This document shows positions 55,055 to 64,000 of a DNA stretch of 64,000 nt, in pieces (positions within the stretch are counted from its first letter, which is position 1; each line of letters starts with the position of its first letter). The translations under genes were made by a program, and so were the position numbers. The DNA is taken from the NCBI GenBank assembly GCA_016927995.1, contig JAFGLO010000003.1, forward strand, positions 8,791 to 72,790, written 5' to 3'. The notes under the pieces were generated by a model, which saw nothing but the letters and a program-made list of their open reading frames with translations, did not search any database and was not told the origin of the DNA. The stretch comes from Candidatus Dojkabacteria bacterium (GTDB lineage: Bacteria > Patescibacteriota > Dojkabacteria > JAFGLO01).

Positions 55055-57985
55055 TTATCCAAAATTAGGATAACAACACTTTTTGTATTTTTTCCCACTG
55101 CCGCATGGACAAGGATCATTCCTTCCCGGTCTATTGGGATCAGACTTTGTTTCTTTTTGAGGTGTTTTTTCGGACTTTTTATCCTTCTCCTTTTTGTCTT
55201 TCATGGTTTTAAGTGTATTTGCAATTGCATTACGAACCAAACTGTTACTAGGTAAAGGCTTAGAAACTCGTTGAACTCTAAATATGCGTGAAGCAATTCC
55301 ATCGGCAAGCTCAAGAAGTAATTCATTAAAAAGATTATAACCCTCATTTTTATATTCTATAAGCGGATTTCTCTGTGCATATCCCCTAAGTGAAATCCCC
55401 TCGCGCAAAACCCGCATTGCATCAAGGTGATCTATCCAGAGTTTATCAATTGTAGACAAAATTATTACCCGCTCAATGTCATTTGCCACCTTATAAAACT
55501 CCTGGTAGTAATTTGTAAATACTCTTAAGACAAGTTTGTAGGCAAGATTTAGCTTTTCCTGCATTTCTTTCTTTTCTATCATTGAGGACTCAAAATCCCC
55601 TCTATTTTTAAACCCAATTTCCGAAATTGCTATATCCAAAAGATTCTCGGGAATAAGTAAGAACATATTTTGTGTAAGTTTTGTACTCTCGTCTTTGTCG
55701 ATAGTGGCATCTGCAGTAAAACTCGAAGTAAAAGCAGATTTAATCTTTTGAGTAACCTTTTGTAAAATCCACTTTCTTACAGGCAGGAAAACAAGATTAT
55801 CAGCGCCAAACAAATCATCCCATCCGGACTGATTCTCCCCCAGTATCGAAAATTCGTTAACAAAAATCTCAAATTGATCAAAATCAAACCGATCTAAGTC
55901 AAGATCTTTGTATCTTTGCCGAATTTGTTTGTCGTTTAACTTACTATGAATTTCTTTGTCTTTGTCCAACAAAGAAATTAGGGCGTCTCTGAGTGAATAA
56001 ATTATTCCACGATGATTATTCAGAACATCATCATACTCAACAAGATGCTTACGAATTTCAAAGTTGTGACCCTCTACCTTTTTCTGGGCTGATTGAATTG
56101 CCTTAGTTATAAAGCCCGACTCTATGGGAAGATTCTCATCTACACCCATTCGATCAAGCATCCCTTTCATCATGTCACCACCAAATCGACGCATTAACTC
56201 GTCCTCAAGCGAGACAAAAAATCTGGACGAGCCCGGATCACCAAGTCGACCCGATCGACCCCTTAACTGGTTGTCAATTCGGCGAGCTTCGTGACGTTGA
56301 GTACCAACAATATGTAATCCGCCAAGCTCCTTTACCCCTTCGCCAAGCTTAATATCGGTACCACGACCGGCCATGTTTGTTGCTACGGTAACCGCACCTT
56401 TCTCACCGGCCTTTGCAACAATCAATGCTTCCTTCTCGTGGTTTTTTGCGTTAAGTACGTTATGTGGAACACCTTTTTTCATAAGAAGTGAAGATACAAC
56501 TTCGGATACTTCAACTGAACCGGTACCCACAAGCACAGGTCTACCCTGACTATAATATTCTTCTACTTCAGTAACAACTGCATTAAGCTTTGCATTTAGT
56601 GTCTTATATACAACGTCCGGATAATCCTTACGAATAACCCCTTTGTAGGTTGGTACAACTACAACATCGAGTTTGTAAATGTCTGCAAATTCCTCGGCTT
56701 CCGTTGCGGCAGTTCCAGTCATACCGGAAAGAAAATCGTACATCCTAAAAAAGTTCTGATAGCTGATCGTTGCCATTGTTTTGCTTTCCTTTTTAATTTC
56801 CACCCCTTCTTTGGCCTCAATTGCCTGATGAAGTCCTTCGCTATAACGCCTACCGGAGAGTACACGCCCGGTAAATTCATCAACAATTTGAACTTGGCCA
56901 GATGCCACAATATAGTCATCGTCTCGGGTAAATAGCACTTCAGCCTTAAGTGCGTTTTCAAGATGATGTGCAAGTTCAAAATTCTCCCAAAGATTTTTTA
57001 CGGCCAAAAGTTTTTCTACTTTGGCAATGCCTTCTTCGGTTAAGTAAACATCTCTATCCTTTTCATCTACTGTATAGTCCGTATCACGCTTAAGCCCCTT
57101 TACCAACTTTGCAAAAGTCACATACAATTCGTTTGACTTTGCCGCCGGAGCGGAAATAATAAGTGGCGTTCGTGCTTCATCAATTAGGATTGAGTCACAT
57201 TCGTCAACGATCGAATAAAAATGACCCCGCTGAACTTTTTGGGAAAGTGAACGTGCCATGTTATCACGCAAATAGTCAAACCCAAATTCACTGCTTGTTC
57301 CATATGTAATGTCACACTCATAGGCTTCACGCTTTGTAACCTCAATAAGGTTTGCGCCTCGTAGAGAAGCCATAATTGAAAGATCTTTTTCTTTAAGAAG
57401 TGCCTTAACTTCATCACCATTTTTTGAAATTGCCTCTGCATCGGGCACAAATTTATAGGCAGCCTGAGGAGTTATTACGGCAACGCTCATACCAAGTGCA
57501 TATAAAATATGGCCAACCCATTCTGCATCACGCTTAGCAAGATAGTCGTTTACAGTAACAATATGGACACCATATCCCAAAAGTCCATACAAATATGCTG
57601 CTAGTGGAGCAACATTTGTTTTTCCTTCACCAGTAAAAAGCTCAATTACTTTATTTTGGGCTAGGAACACTCCACCCATCAACTGAACATCAAACTGTCT
57701 GTGTTTGGCAACTCTATCGGAAACTTCCCTTACCCTTGCAAAAACCTCCGGAATCAAGGTCAATAGGTGTTTTTTTAAATCCGCATTTTCTTCCGCAGTA
57801 AGAGGTTTACCTTGGGAAAACCCATATTTTTTTCGGAAATACGTAGTACTCTCTGCAAGCTCTGCGTCCGAAAGTTTTTTCATCTCGGGAGCAAGTTCAT
57901 TAATACTATTCACAATTGCTTGTACATTTTCCAATTCTTTTGAGTTATGATCAAAAAGTTTTTTAATAAACGAAAACATCTGCAT
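55055..57985 (-). CDS. secA: Preprotein translocase ATPase SecA
   Basis: DEAD-like motor motifs. Preprotein cross-linking and helical scaffold regions. C-terminal zinc-binding CPCGSGKKYKKCC. The start was set at the internal MQMF... (the ORF runs to 58081 through an improbable leader). Confidence 0.9.
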   Translation of the reverse strand: MQMFSFIKKLFDHNSKELENVQAIVNSINELAPEMKKLSDAELAESTTYFRKKYGFSQGKPLTAEENADLKKHLLTLIPEVFARVREVSDRVAKHRQFDVQLMGGVFLAQNKVIELFTGEGKTNVAPLAAYLYGLLGYGVHIVTVNDYLAKRDAEWVGHILYALGMSVAVITPQAAYKFVPDAEAISKNGDEVKALLKEKDLSIMASLRGANLIEVTKREAYECDITYGTSSEFGFDYLRDNMARSLSQKVQRGHFYSIVDECDSILIDEARTPLIISAPAAKSNELYVTFAKLVKGLKRDTDYTVDEKDRDVYLTEEGIAKVEKLLAVKNLWENFELAHHLENALKAEVLFTRDDDYIVASGQVQIVDEFTGRVLSGRRYSEGLHQAIEAKEGVEIKKESKTMATISYQNFFRMYDFLSGMTGTAATEAEEFADIYKLDVVVVPTYKGVIRKDYPDVVYKTLNAKLNAVVTEVEEYYSQGRPVLVGTGSVEVSEVVSSLLMKKGVPHNVLNAKNHEKEALIVAKAGEKGAVTVATNMAGRGTDIKLGEGVKELGGLHIVGTQRHEARRIDNQLRGRSGRLGDPGSSRFFVSLEDELMRRFGGDMMKGMLDRMGVDENLPIESGFITKAIQSAQKKVEGHNFEIRKHLVEYDDVLNNHRGIIYSLRDALISLLDKDKEIHSKLNDKQIRQRYKDLDLDRFDFDQFEIFVNEFSILGENQSGWDDLFGADNLVFLPVRKWILQKVTQKIKSAFTSSFTADATIDKDESTKLTQNMFLLIPENLLDIAISEIGFKNRGDFESSMIEKKEMQEKLNLAYKLVLRVFTNYYQEFYKVANDIERVIILSTIDKLWIDHLDAMRVLREGISLRGYAQRNPLIEYKNEGYNLFNELLLELADGIASRIFRVQRVSKPLPSNSLVRNAIANTLKTMKDKKEKDKKSEKTPQKETKSDPNRPGRNDPCPCGSGKKYKKCCYPNFG

Positions 57986-58031
57986 AGATCTTAATAAAGT
58001 TATGACATTGTATTGTAACACAAGTGACAGA

Positions 58032-59375
58032 TTAAGGTTTGTCCTCTGAAAAATCCCGATATACCTTAAGATTAGGAGCAAACAAATGATTCTTGCCGGG
58101 TTTTAAGTCAACATATATATGATCGCTTCCATTATCTCCTAAAACTGATATTTTGGGGGAATTCGACTGTATATAATACTTCCCGCCGGGAACGGCAAAC
58201 TGATATCTTCCGTTTTCGTCGGTTGTAACAATTGAGAACAGATTATCAAACTCTCTTTCGTAAAGCCCAAGCTGTAAGTTTGGAACAGTTTTGCCATCTT
58301 GATCTTTTACCGTACCGTAACTTAGCTTACTTAAAATCCCTAACCACAGCTTATAACCCCAGATGCCTAATAGCAAAATGTCTATAACATAAGCCTCAAT
58401 CGAGGAAAATCTAAAAAATGTTGTCATTGCCAAAAACATCACAAGCATTAATCCGGTATTTAGTCCCAGAAACGTGCTAAAGGTACCAAGTGCAACCTTT
58501 CTTATTAAACCAGCCTCCTTTGAAGTACTGTCTAGTGGAATATTAAATTTTATGTAAATCTGACCCTCATCAATAGTAAACTCCTGACCGTAATAAAGAT
58601 TTTCATATTTTCCATCGACCCTCCTAGGTGAGAGAAAACTTGGAAATTTATACCCGGCACACTTTACATCAATCTTGTATTTACCCGGCATAGGGTTAAG
58701 TTTGTAAATTCCACGAACATCAGAAACCGCAGTCTGGAATAGCCTTCCATCTTTATACAGTCTTACAATGGCTCTGGACACAGGAACCTTTGTGTTTGAA
58801 TTATATACAACGGATACTACATTTTCCTTTACTAAAGCACCCTTTAAACCCAGTAAGAGAATTATCCCCACAAGAATATATGCAGGGAGAATAAAGAAAA
58901 GACCCATGAAATCGTATGCTGTCGTATTTGCCACCACGCTTGAATATGTTCTTCCGCTTTTGTCACATATTGTAAATATCCAGATTAAAGAGTTGGAGTC
59001 AGGTAAGTCGTTATATAATTTGAATTTATAAGTAAAATCAGAAAATTCCGAGTCTTTAAAATAATATTCCTCCACAACCTCATAATGACCTAAGTTAATG
59101 GTTATTAATGTCAGATGTACTGTTTCCGGAATAAGGTTTAAAGTATCTCCGGTTACATTAATTAAAGGATCTATCTTCATTGGTAGTTTCCAAGCAAAAT
59201 TGGGAAGATTCTCCCAATTTACCGATATTTCACTCTTGGGCAAGCTTTCTTTGTCAAACTCACATACATCCTTATTACAAACAAAGAAATTAAAATAAAT
59301 CCAGATACTAATAGCCACGACTAAAACGGGAACTCCCACAAGTATGACAATCTTAATAATCTTCTTTGATTTCAC
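58032..59375 (-). CDS. Membrane protein with CarboxypepD_reg-like / TM hairpin / CarboxypepD_reg-like C-terminal module
   Basis: N-terminal TM. Beta-sandwich segments AIVRLYKDGRLFQTAVSDVRGIYKL and GTVKDQDGKTVPNLQLGLYE...TDENGRYQF flank two TM helices. This is the same architecture as the C-terminus of 36084..38402. Confidence 0.5.
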   Translation of the reverse strand: MKSKKIIKIVILVGVPVLVVAISIWIYFNFFVCNKDVCEFDKESLPKSEISVNWENLPNFAWKLPMKIDPLINVTGDTLNLIPETVHLTLITINLGHYEVVEEYYFKDSEFSDFTYKFKLYNDLPDSNSLIWIFTICDKSGRTYSSVVANTTAYDFMGLFFILPAYILVGIILLLGLKGALVKENVVSVVYNSNTKVPVSRAIVRLYKDGRLFQTAVSDVRGIYKLNPMPGKYKIDVKCAGYKFPSFLSPRRVDGKYENLYYGQEFTIDEGQIYIKFNIPLDSTSKEAGLIRKVALGTFSTFLGLNTGLMLVMFLAMTTFFRFSSIEAYVIDILLLGIWGYKLWLGILSKLSYGTVKDQDGKTVPNLQLGLYEREFDNLFSIVTTDENGRYQFAVPGGKYYIQSNSPKISVLGDNGSDHIYVDLKPGKNHLFAPNLKVYRDFSEDKP

Positions 59376-59399
59376 CTAAGGCAGTTTTAAAGCTTTAAT

Positions 59400-60818
59400 T
59401 TAATAAGATTTTGCAAATAACCAGTCGTGTTTTGCAGATTCACCGGTAATAAAGCATTTTTTATTTTTAGGCTCTTTATCCATGCTTTCTTTTGGCAAAA
59501 CCCTTGAAACCATAGAAAACTTTTCTTTCAAGAACTTTTCACTCTCAGGGCTTTCACACCATGATGCTTCAAAAAAACCAATCTGATCTTTTATTTCGTC
59601 CATGTTTTCAATGCGATGAATATGTGTTCCACCAAAGTCAGCTGCCTGCTTATATAGATTTTCATGTATCTGTGAAAATAAGTTCGGAATACTCGAGATA
59701 AAATCAGTGATGTTAACTTTAGACTTTTCCCCAGTATCCCTTCTTGCAACGGTAACTGTTTTATCTGCAGTTTCCATTCCACCGATCTCAAGTCTAAGAG
59801 GTACGCCCTTTAACTCCCACTCGTTAAATTTAAACCCGGGACTTATCCCTTCACGTAAATCAACTTTAATTCTGTAGTCTTTAAGCTCATCTGCCACTTC
59901 GTTTGCATATCTTATGACGGTTTCTTTGTTATCATCTTTGTAAATTGGCACAACGACAATTTGAATAGGTGCAATATTGGGCGGAAGTCTTAATCCGGCA
60001 TCATCACCATGGGTCATAATAAGCACACCTATGGCCCTCCATGTACACCCCCAACTGTTTTGATAAGGATAGTGCTCCTCACCATCTTCACCAACAAATT
60101 TTATGTTAAACACTTTTGCAAAGTTTTGGCCCAAATGGTGACTAGTGGCACCCTGAATAGCTTTTCCATCACGTGCCATTACTTCAACACATGATGTGAT
60201 CTCGGCTCCGGCAAACTTTTCCATTTGAGATTTTTTCCCTTTGAATACCGGAATAGCCAAAAACTCATAAAACTTTTCGTAAATGTCCAGCATTTGCCAC
60301 ATCTCAGCCATTGCCTCTTCCTCCTTTGCAAATACCGTGTGTCCCTCTTGCCACAAGAATTCAGACCAACGCAAAAATGGCCTTGGACGTTTTTCCCACC
60401 TTACAACGTTGTTCCACTGATTTAAACGAAGCGGAAGATCGTTATAACTTTGAATCCATTTTGCATATGCTTTATACATTCCTGTCTCACTTGTAGGCCT
60501 TACCACAAGTTTGTTAACAAGCTTCTCACCCCCGGCATGAGTAACAACGGCTAGTTCAGGTGAGAATCCTTCTACATGGTCCTTCTCCGCCTGCAAATTT
60601 TCATATGGAATAAACATTGGGAAATATACGTTTTCGGCTCCGGTTTCTTCTATAAGTCTTGCTAATTCTGTTTTCATTAGTTCCCAAATCTTGTACCCAT
60701 ATGGTTTTACTATTCCACAACCCCGAACTTCGGAGCTCTCGGCTAAATCTGCCATTGAAACTACGTCCTGATACCACTTTGCAAAATCTTTTGACTGTGG
60801 TGTTATTTTTTGTGCCAT
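59400..60818 (-). CDS. proS: Prolyl-tRNA synthetase, archaeal/eukaryote-like type
   Basis: MAQKITPQSKDFAKWYQDVV...VRGCGIVKPYGYKIWE start. Class II motifs. C-terminal Zn-binding-like region ending in Tyr (…FAKSY). Start taken at the internal Met. Confidence 0.85.
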   Translation of the reverse strand: MAQKITPQSKDFAKWYQDVVSMADLAESSEVRGCGIVKPYGYKIWELMKTELARLIEETGAENVYFPMFIPYENLQAEKDHVEGFSPELAVVTHAGGEKLVNKLVVRPTSETGMYKAYAKWIQSYNDLPLRLNQWNNVVRWEKRPRPFLRWSEFLWQEGHTVFAKEEEAMAEMWQMLDIYEKFYEFLAIPVFKGKKSQMEKFAGAEITSCVEVMARDGKAIQGATSHHLGQNFAKVFNIKFVGEDGEEHYPYQNSWGCTWRAIGVLIMTHGDDAGLRLPPNIAPIQIVVVPIYKDDNKETVIRYANEVADELKDYRIKVDLREGISPGFKFNEWELKGVPLRLEIGGMETADKTVTVARRDTGEKSKVNITDFISSIPNLFSQIHENLYKQAADFGGTHIHRIENMDEIKDQIGFFEASWCESPESEKFLKEKFSMVSRVLPKESMDKEPKNKKCFITGESAKHDWLFAKSY

Positions 60819-60975
60819 TGTAAAAAGTGTTAAGTAAACATGTAAATAATAACAGAATCTTGCCAAATAATGTAGGGACAGGTCTAGACCTGTCCCTACT
60901 TAAATCGATTTCACTTGATTCGTTACCCCTTTATACATTAAGCTTACACCACAATCTAAATTACTTTACACAAAA

Positions 60976-61677
60976 ATGAAACCAATTGACCTCCATCCAT
61001 TCCAAATGATTGTCCTCAAAAAGTTACTCTTTCTCCCAACAGCAAGATTTAGAGATCTAAAGATAGAAGGCCTTACAACAGATCATTTAACATATCACAT
61101 AAACAAATTGATTAAGCTTGGTCTAGTTTCCAAAATAAATACCATCTACACACTTACACCAGAAGGCAAGGAGTTTTCAAATCGAATAGATGAGCACTCT
61201 TCACAGATAGAGGTTCAAGGCAAACGTGGCGTATTGGTTAGAGTAAGTAGAAAAATTGGCAGAAAGACAGAATACCTTGCAAGTAAGCGGCTAAAACACC
61301 CGTTTTATGGTTATATAGGCTTTCATACAGGCAAAATTAGGGCTGGTGAAACAGTCTACGAAGCTGCTCGTAGAGAACTTTTGGAAGAAACAGGGCTCAT
61401 TGTTAAAACCCTAAAATTTGGTGGGATAGACCATTTTGTCGACTTTGATAAAGAAGGAAAATTTTTACGAGATCAATACTTTTATTGGTTTGATGTAACT
61501 GAATTTGAAGGAGAGCTAATAATCGACAACCCAGAGGAAGGTGTCAGCAATTTTTGGATAACGAAGCAAGCACTAAAAAAAGAAAAGGTGTTTCCAGGTC
61601 TTTGGGATCGAGCCTACTGGGAAAACAAGAAGAGTATTATATTTGTGGAACAAAAACGAGTCCTCACTGAATTCTAG
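60976..61677 (+). CDS. Winged-helix + NUDIX hydrolase fusion protein
   Basis: N-terminal wHTH-like ~70 aa, then Nudix box GKIRAGETVYEAARRELLEETGL. Confidence 0.7.
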   Translation: MKPIDLHPFQMIVLKKLLFLPTARFRDLKIEGLTTDHLTYHINKLIKLGLVSKINTIYTLTPEGKEFSNRIDEHSSQIEVQGKRGVLVRVSRKIGRKTEYLASKRLKHPFYGYIGFHTGKIRAGETVYEAARRELLEETGLIVKTLKFGGIDHFVDFDKEGKFLRDQYFYWFDVTEFEGELIIDNPEEGVSNFWITKQALKKEKVFPGLWDRAYWENKKSIIFVEQKRVLTEF

Positions 61678-61792
61678 CCTCTAATGTCCTATCATTTACG
61701 GAAGCCTCCAAATCTGGTATAATACTAGGCTTTCTTGGCACATTACCCCGGGAAGGTTGTACGAATATCATTATTTTTGTAAGATTGATGTT

Positions 61793-64000
61793 ATGAACAA
61801 CCATTCAGAGGGACCGGGCCAACGCGTTTTCCTTTTGTCAAATAGAATTTTCAAAATTGACTCTACCCTACTTGGTAACAAGGCTACAAAGATTTGTGAC
61901 ATGATGCGAATGAATCTGCCTGTACCTAAAGCCTTCGTAATTACCACCAAAGTTTGGAAAGAGTTTGAGAAAGAAAAGTCACTCTCTCCAAAAATACAAA
62001 AAGAAATTATAGCTACACTAAAGCAACTCGAAAAGGAAACTCAAAAAACCTTCGGGTCAACAGAAAACCCACTTATTGTTTCTGTACGTTCTGGATCTGT
62101 ATACTCAATGCCAGGAATGATGGATACCATTTTAGACGTAGGTATATGTGACAAAAACATTGAAACCCTAAAGGACTCGATTGGTGAACAAACCGCATTG
62201 GACTCATACAGAAGATTAATCCAGATGTTTGGAAACACTGTTTTGGGAATTAATCCTGACTTATTCGAGGAAATAATTCTAAAAGTTGCGAACCGCAAAG
62301 ATAAATTAAAAAGCCCGGAGCTATCTCAAATTATTTTGGAATTTAAAACACTTGTTAAGAAACACACAGGGTCCGAATTTCCCGAAGATCCGGTCAAACA
62401 GTTAATGCTTGCAATTGCAGGTGTATTCAATTCCTGGAGCAAGCCGGGAGCAAAGTCATTTAGAAAATTTAGTGGAATCCCTGACAATATTGGAACATCG
62501 GTAACCATCCAAAAAATGGTTTTTGGAAACAGACCGAACTCAGGAACCGGAGTGCTTTTTACGCGAAACCCACGCACAGGATCTACTGCTCCATACATTG
62601 AATATTTAGAAAATGCTCAAGGGGAGGACGTTGTAAGTGGCATGCAAAATCCTGTTTCAATAAAGATTCCCGATACAGATGCATTTAAGAAACTTTTGGA
62701 ATTTGGTGAAAAGCTAGAAAAACACTATCAACGACCCCAAGATATTGAATTTACGATCGAAGAGAATAAATTATGGATTCTTCAAACACGAACCCTTAAA
62801 CTATCTAGTGATGCTGCATTTAAAATTGCATCAGATATGATTGACGAAGGTTTAATCACTGAAAATGAGGCCGTAAGACTTGTAAAGCATGAGCATATAA
62901 ATAAAGTTCTGTCCACAAGCATTGCTGACAAATCAAAAAACATCTTTATTGCTAAAGGTATCCCTGCATCAACAGGTGCAGCTTGCGGACATCTTGCTCT
63001 CTCACCGAAGACAGTAAAAAGGTACTCATTACAAAGGCTCCCTTCCATATTAGTAATGGACCATATCGATCCCAACGATGTCGAAACCTTGATCCAAACA
63101 AATGGAGTTATAACAACCAAAGGTGGGGCAGCAAGTCATATGGCGATAATTATGAGAGCAACTGCTAAACCTGGCATTGTAGGAACCAGCGACATTAAGG
63201 TTGGGAAAAAAGAGATCTTCATTAATAACATTAAAATCAAAGAAGGAGACCTTCTTACAATTGATGGAACAACGGGTGAAATCTTTAACGCTTCGTTAAA
63301 AATTAAGAAGGCAAAATCACTCACTCCTACCGAGCGACGCATCCTAAAGATTAAAACGGACATACTTGGGACAAGTCCCTGGTCGGCAGCTTGTTACAAA
63401 ACATCTAAAAAATACCAAAGAAGAAGTATTGCAGAGAAAATAAAAGGATATCTAAAAAGTCCTAAATGGAAGTCAAAGAAGGCTCAAATTATTGAATTAC
63501 AAAATCAAATTATGCCTAGTTCCGAAATTATACCAAGTACCCTATTTAAACCAACGGAGATAAACGATATTCGTAACGAAATGATTTCCGTTCTTCGTCA
63601 GGGCTACTGGCTTGCACCAAGAACCTGCCATTTTCCCGAAAAACTTGCAAATTCCCCTTGGGCAATGGGACCAAACAAACCCAAAGATATTGAAAGATTT
63701 TTAACCGGAAAATATGAAGGAAAATATGAAGGACTCACTGAATGGATCAAAGATAAAACCCTAGAGGCAATCGTTCTGGGGAAAGAACCCCCTGAGAAGT
63801 CGCCGGATTTTGCTAACGAACACTTTGTTTTTACCGTTTCGTTTCATGAGGCTTCTCCACCGGAGGTAGTTGTGTCGATAAACACAAATACATTACACTT
63901 AAGATCATTTGAACAAACAACCAAGGAACAGATTATCATGTTAAAAGGACAAATTTACCAGGATTCACCAGCCTATCTTGGAAATATCAGTTTAATAATA
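61793..64000 (+). CDS. Pyruvate,phosphate dikinase / PEP-utilising enzyme-like protein (partial, continues past window end)
   Basis: Stop-free frame from ATG 61793 to the window end (absent from the ORF track for that reason). PPDK-like N-terminal ATP-grasp signatures (PLIVSVRSGSVYSMPGMMDTILDVG). Phosphohistidine-domain motif TTKGGAASHMAIIMRATAKPGIVG. Confidence 0.7.
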   Translation, partial: MNNHSEGPGQRVFLLSNRIFKIDSTLLGNKATKICDMMRMNLPVPKAFVITTKVWKEFEKEKSLSPKIQKEIIATLKQLEKETQKTFGSTENPLIVSVRSGSVYSMPGMMDTILDVGICDKNIETLKDSIGEQTALDSYRRLIQMFGNTVLGINPDLFEEIILKVANRKDKLKSPELSQIILEFKTLVKKHTGSEFPEDPVKQLMLAIAGVFNSWSKPGAKSFRKFSGIPDNIGTSVTIQKMVFGNRPNSGTGVLFTRNPRTGSTAPYIEYLENAQGEDVVSGMQNPVSIKIPDTDAFKKLLEFGEKLEKHYQRPQDIEFTIEENKLWILQTRTLKLSSDAAFKIASDMIDEGLITENEAVRLVKHEHINKVLSTSIADKSKNIFIAKGIPASTGAACGHLALSPKTVKRYSLQRLPSILVMDHIDPNDVETLIQTNGVITTKGGAASHMAIIMRATAKPGIVGTSDIKVGKKEIFINNIKIKEGDLLTIDGTTGEIFNASLKIKKAKSLTPTERRILKIKTDILGTSPWSAACYKTSKKYQRRSIAEKIKGYLKSPKWKSKKAQIIELQNQIMPSSEIIPSTLFKPTEINDIRNEMISVLRQGYWLAPRTCHFPEKLANSPWAMGPNKPKDIERFLTGKYEGKYEGLTEWIKDKTLEAIVLGKEPPEKSPDFANEHFVFTVSFHEASPPEVVVSINTNTLHLRSFEQTTKEQIIMLKGQIYQDSPAYLGNISLII

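Noticed and set aside
57985-58081. 32-codon N-terminal extension of the SecA ORF
   Set aside because: The leader MLLILRYIGIFQRTNLNLSLVLQYNVITLLRS is unlike SecA N-termini, and the canonical SecA start (MQMFSFIKKLF) lies at the internal Met. The extension would also overlap the upstream gene.
62041-63363. Several 60-112 aa minus-strand ORFs
   Set aside because: All lie antisense within the long PPDK-like plus-strand frame.

Overview
This window is a low-GC (roughly 35-40%), gene-dense bacterial chromosome segment. Its overall gene content is reminiscent of reduced-genome CPR/Patescibacteria-like bacteria, but that is inference only. About 65 protein-coding genes, two tRNAs and one repeat family at two loci are supportable.

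- **Housekeeping genes:** DEAD-box helicase, Fpg/Nei glycosylase, RecX, hisS, a ftsQ-ftsA-ftsZ block, trigger factor, SEDS FtsW/RodA, pyruvate kinase, secG, tsaD, tsaE, holB-like, secA, archaeal-type proS and a partial PPDK-like gene at the 3' edge.
- **Type IV pilus locus:** one long minus-strand run (39.1-53.6 kb) encodes pilB-pilT-pilC-pilin-pilD and several pseudopilins. It continues straight into a stand-alone receiver-domain gene and two very large Cys/Thr/Ser-rich secreted proteins.
- **Surface-protein operon:** a second minus-strand operon (3.7-8.2 kb) encodes a vWA/MIDAS membrane protein, two paralogous secreted proteins and a LysM membrane protein.
- **Repeat family:** a 126-135 bp unit occurs as about 2.5 tandem copies at 8.24-8.57 kb and as an inverted copy at 31.84-32.02 kb next to tRNA-Leu.
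- **Recurring surface module:** a CarboxypepD_reg-like / TM hairpin / CarboxypepD_reg-like module recurs in two large membrane proteins.

No CRISPR array, rRNA or obvious mobile element was seen. Many antisense ORFs in the six-frame track are shadows of real genes.
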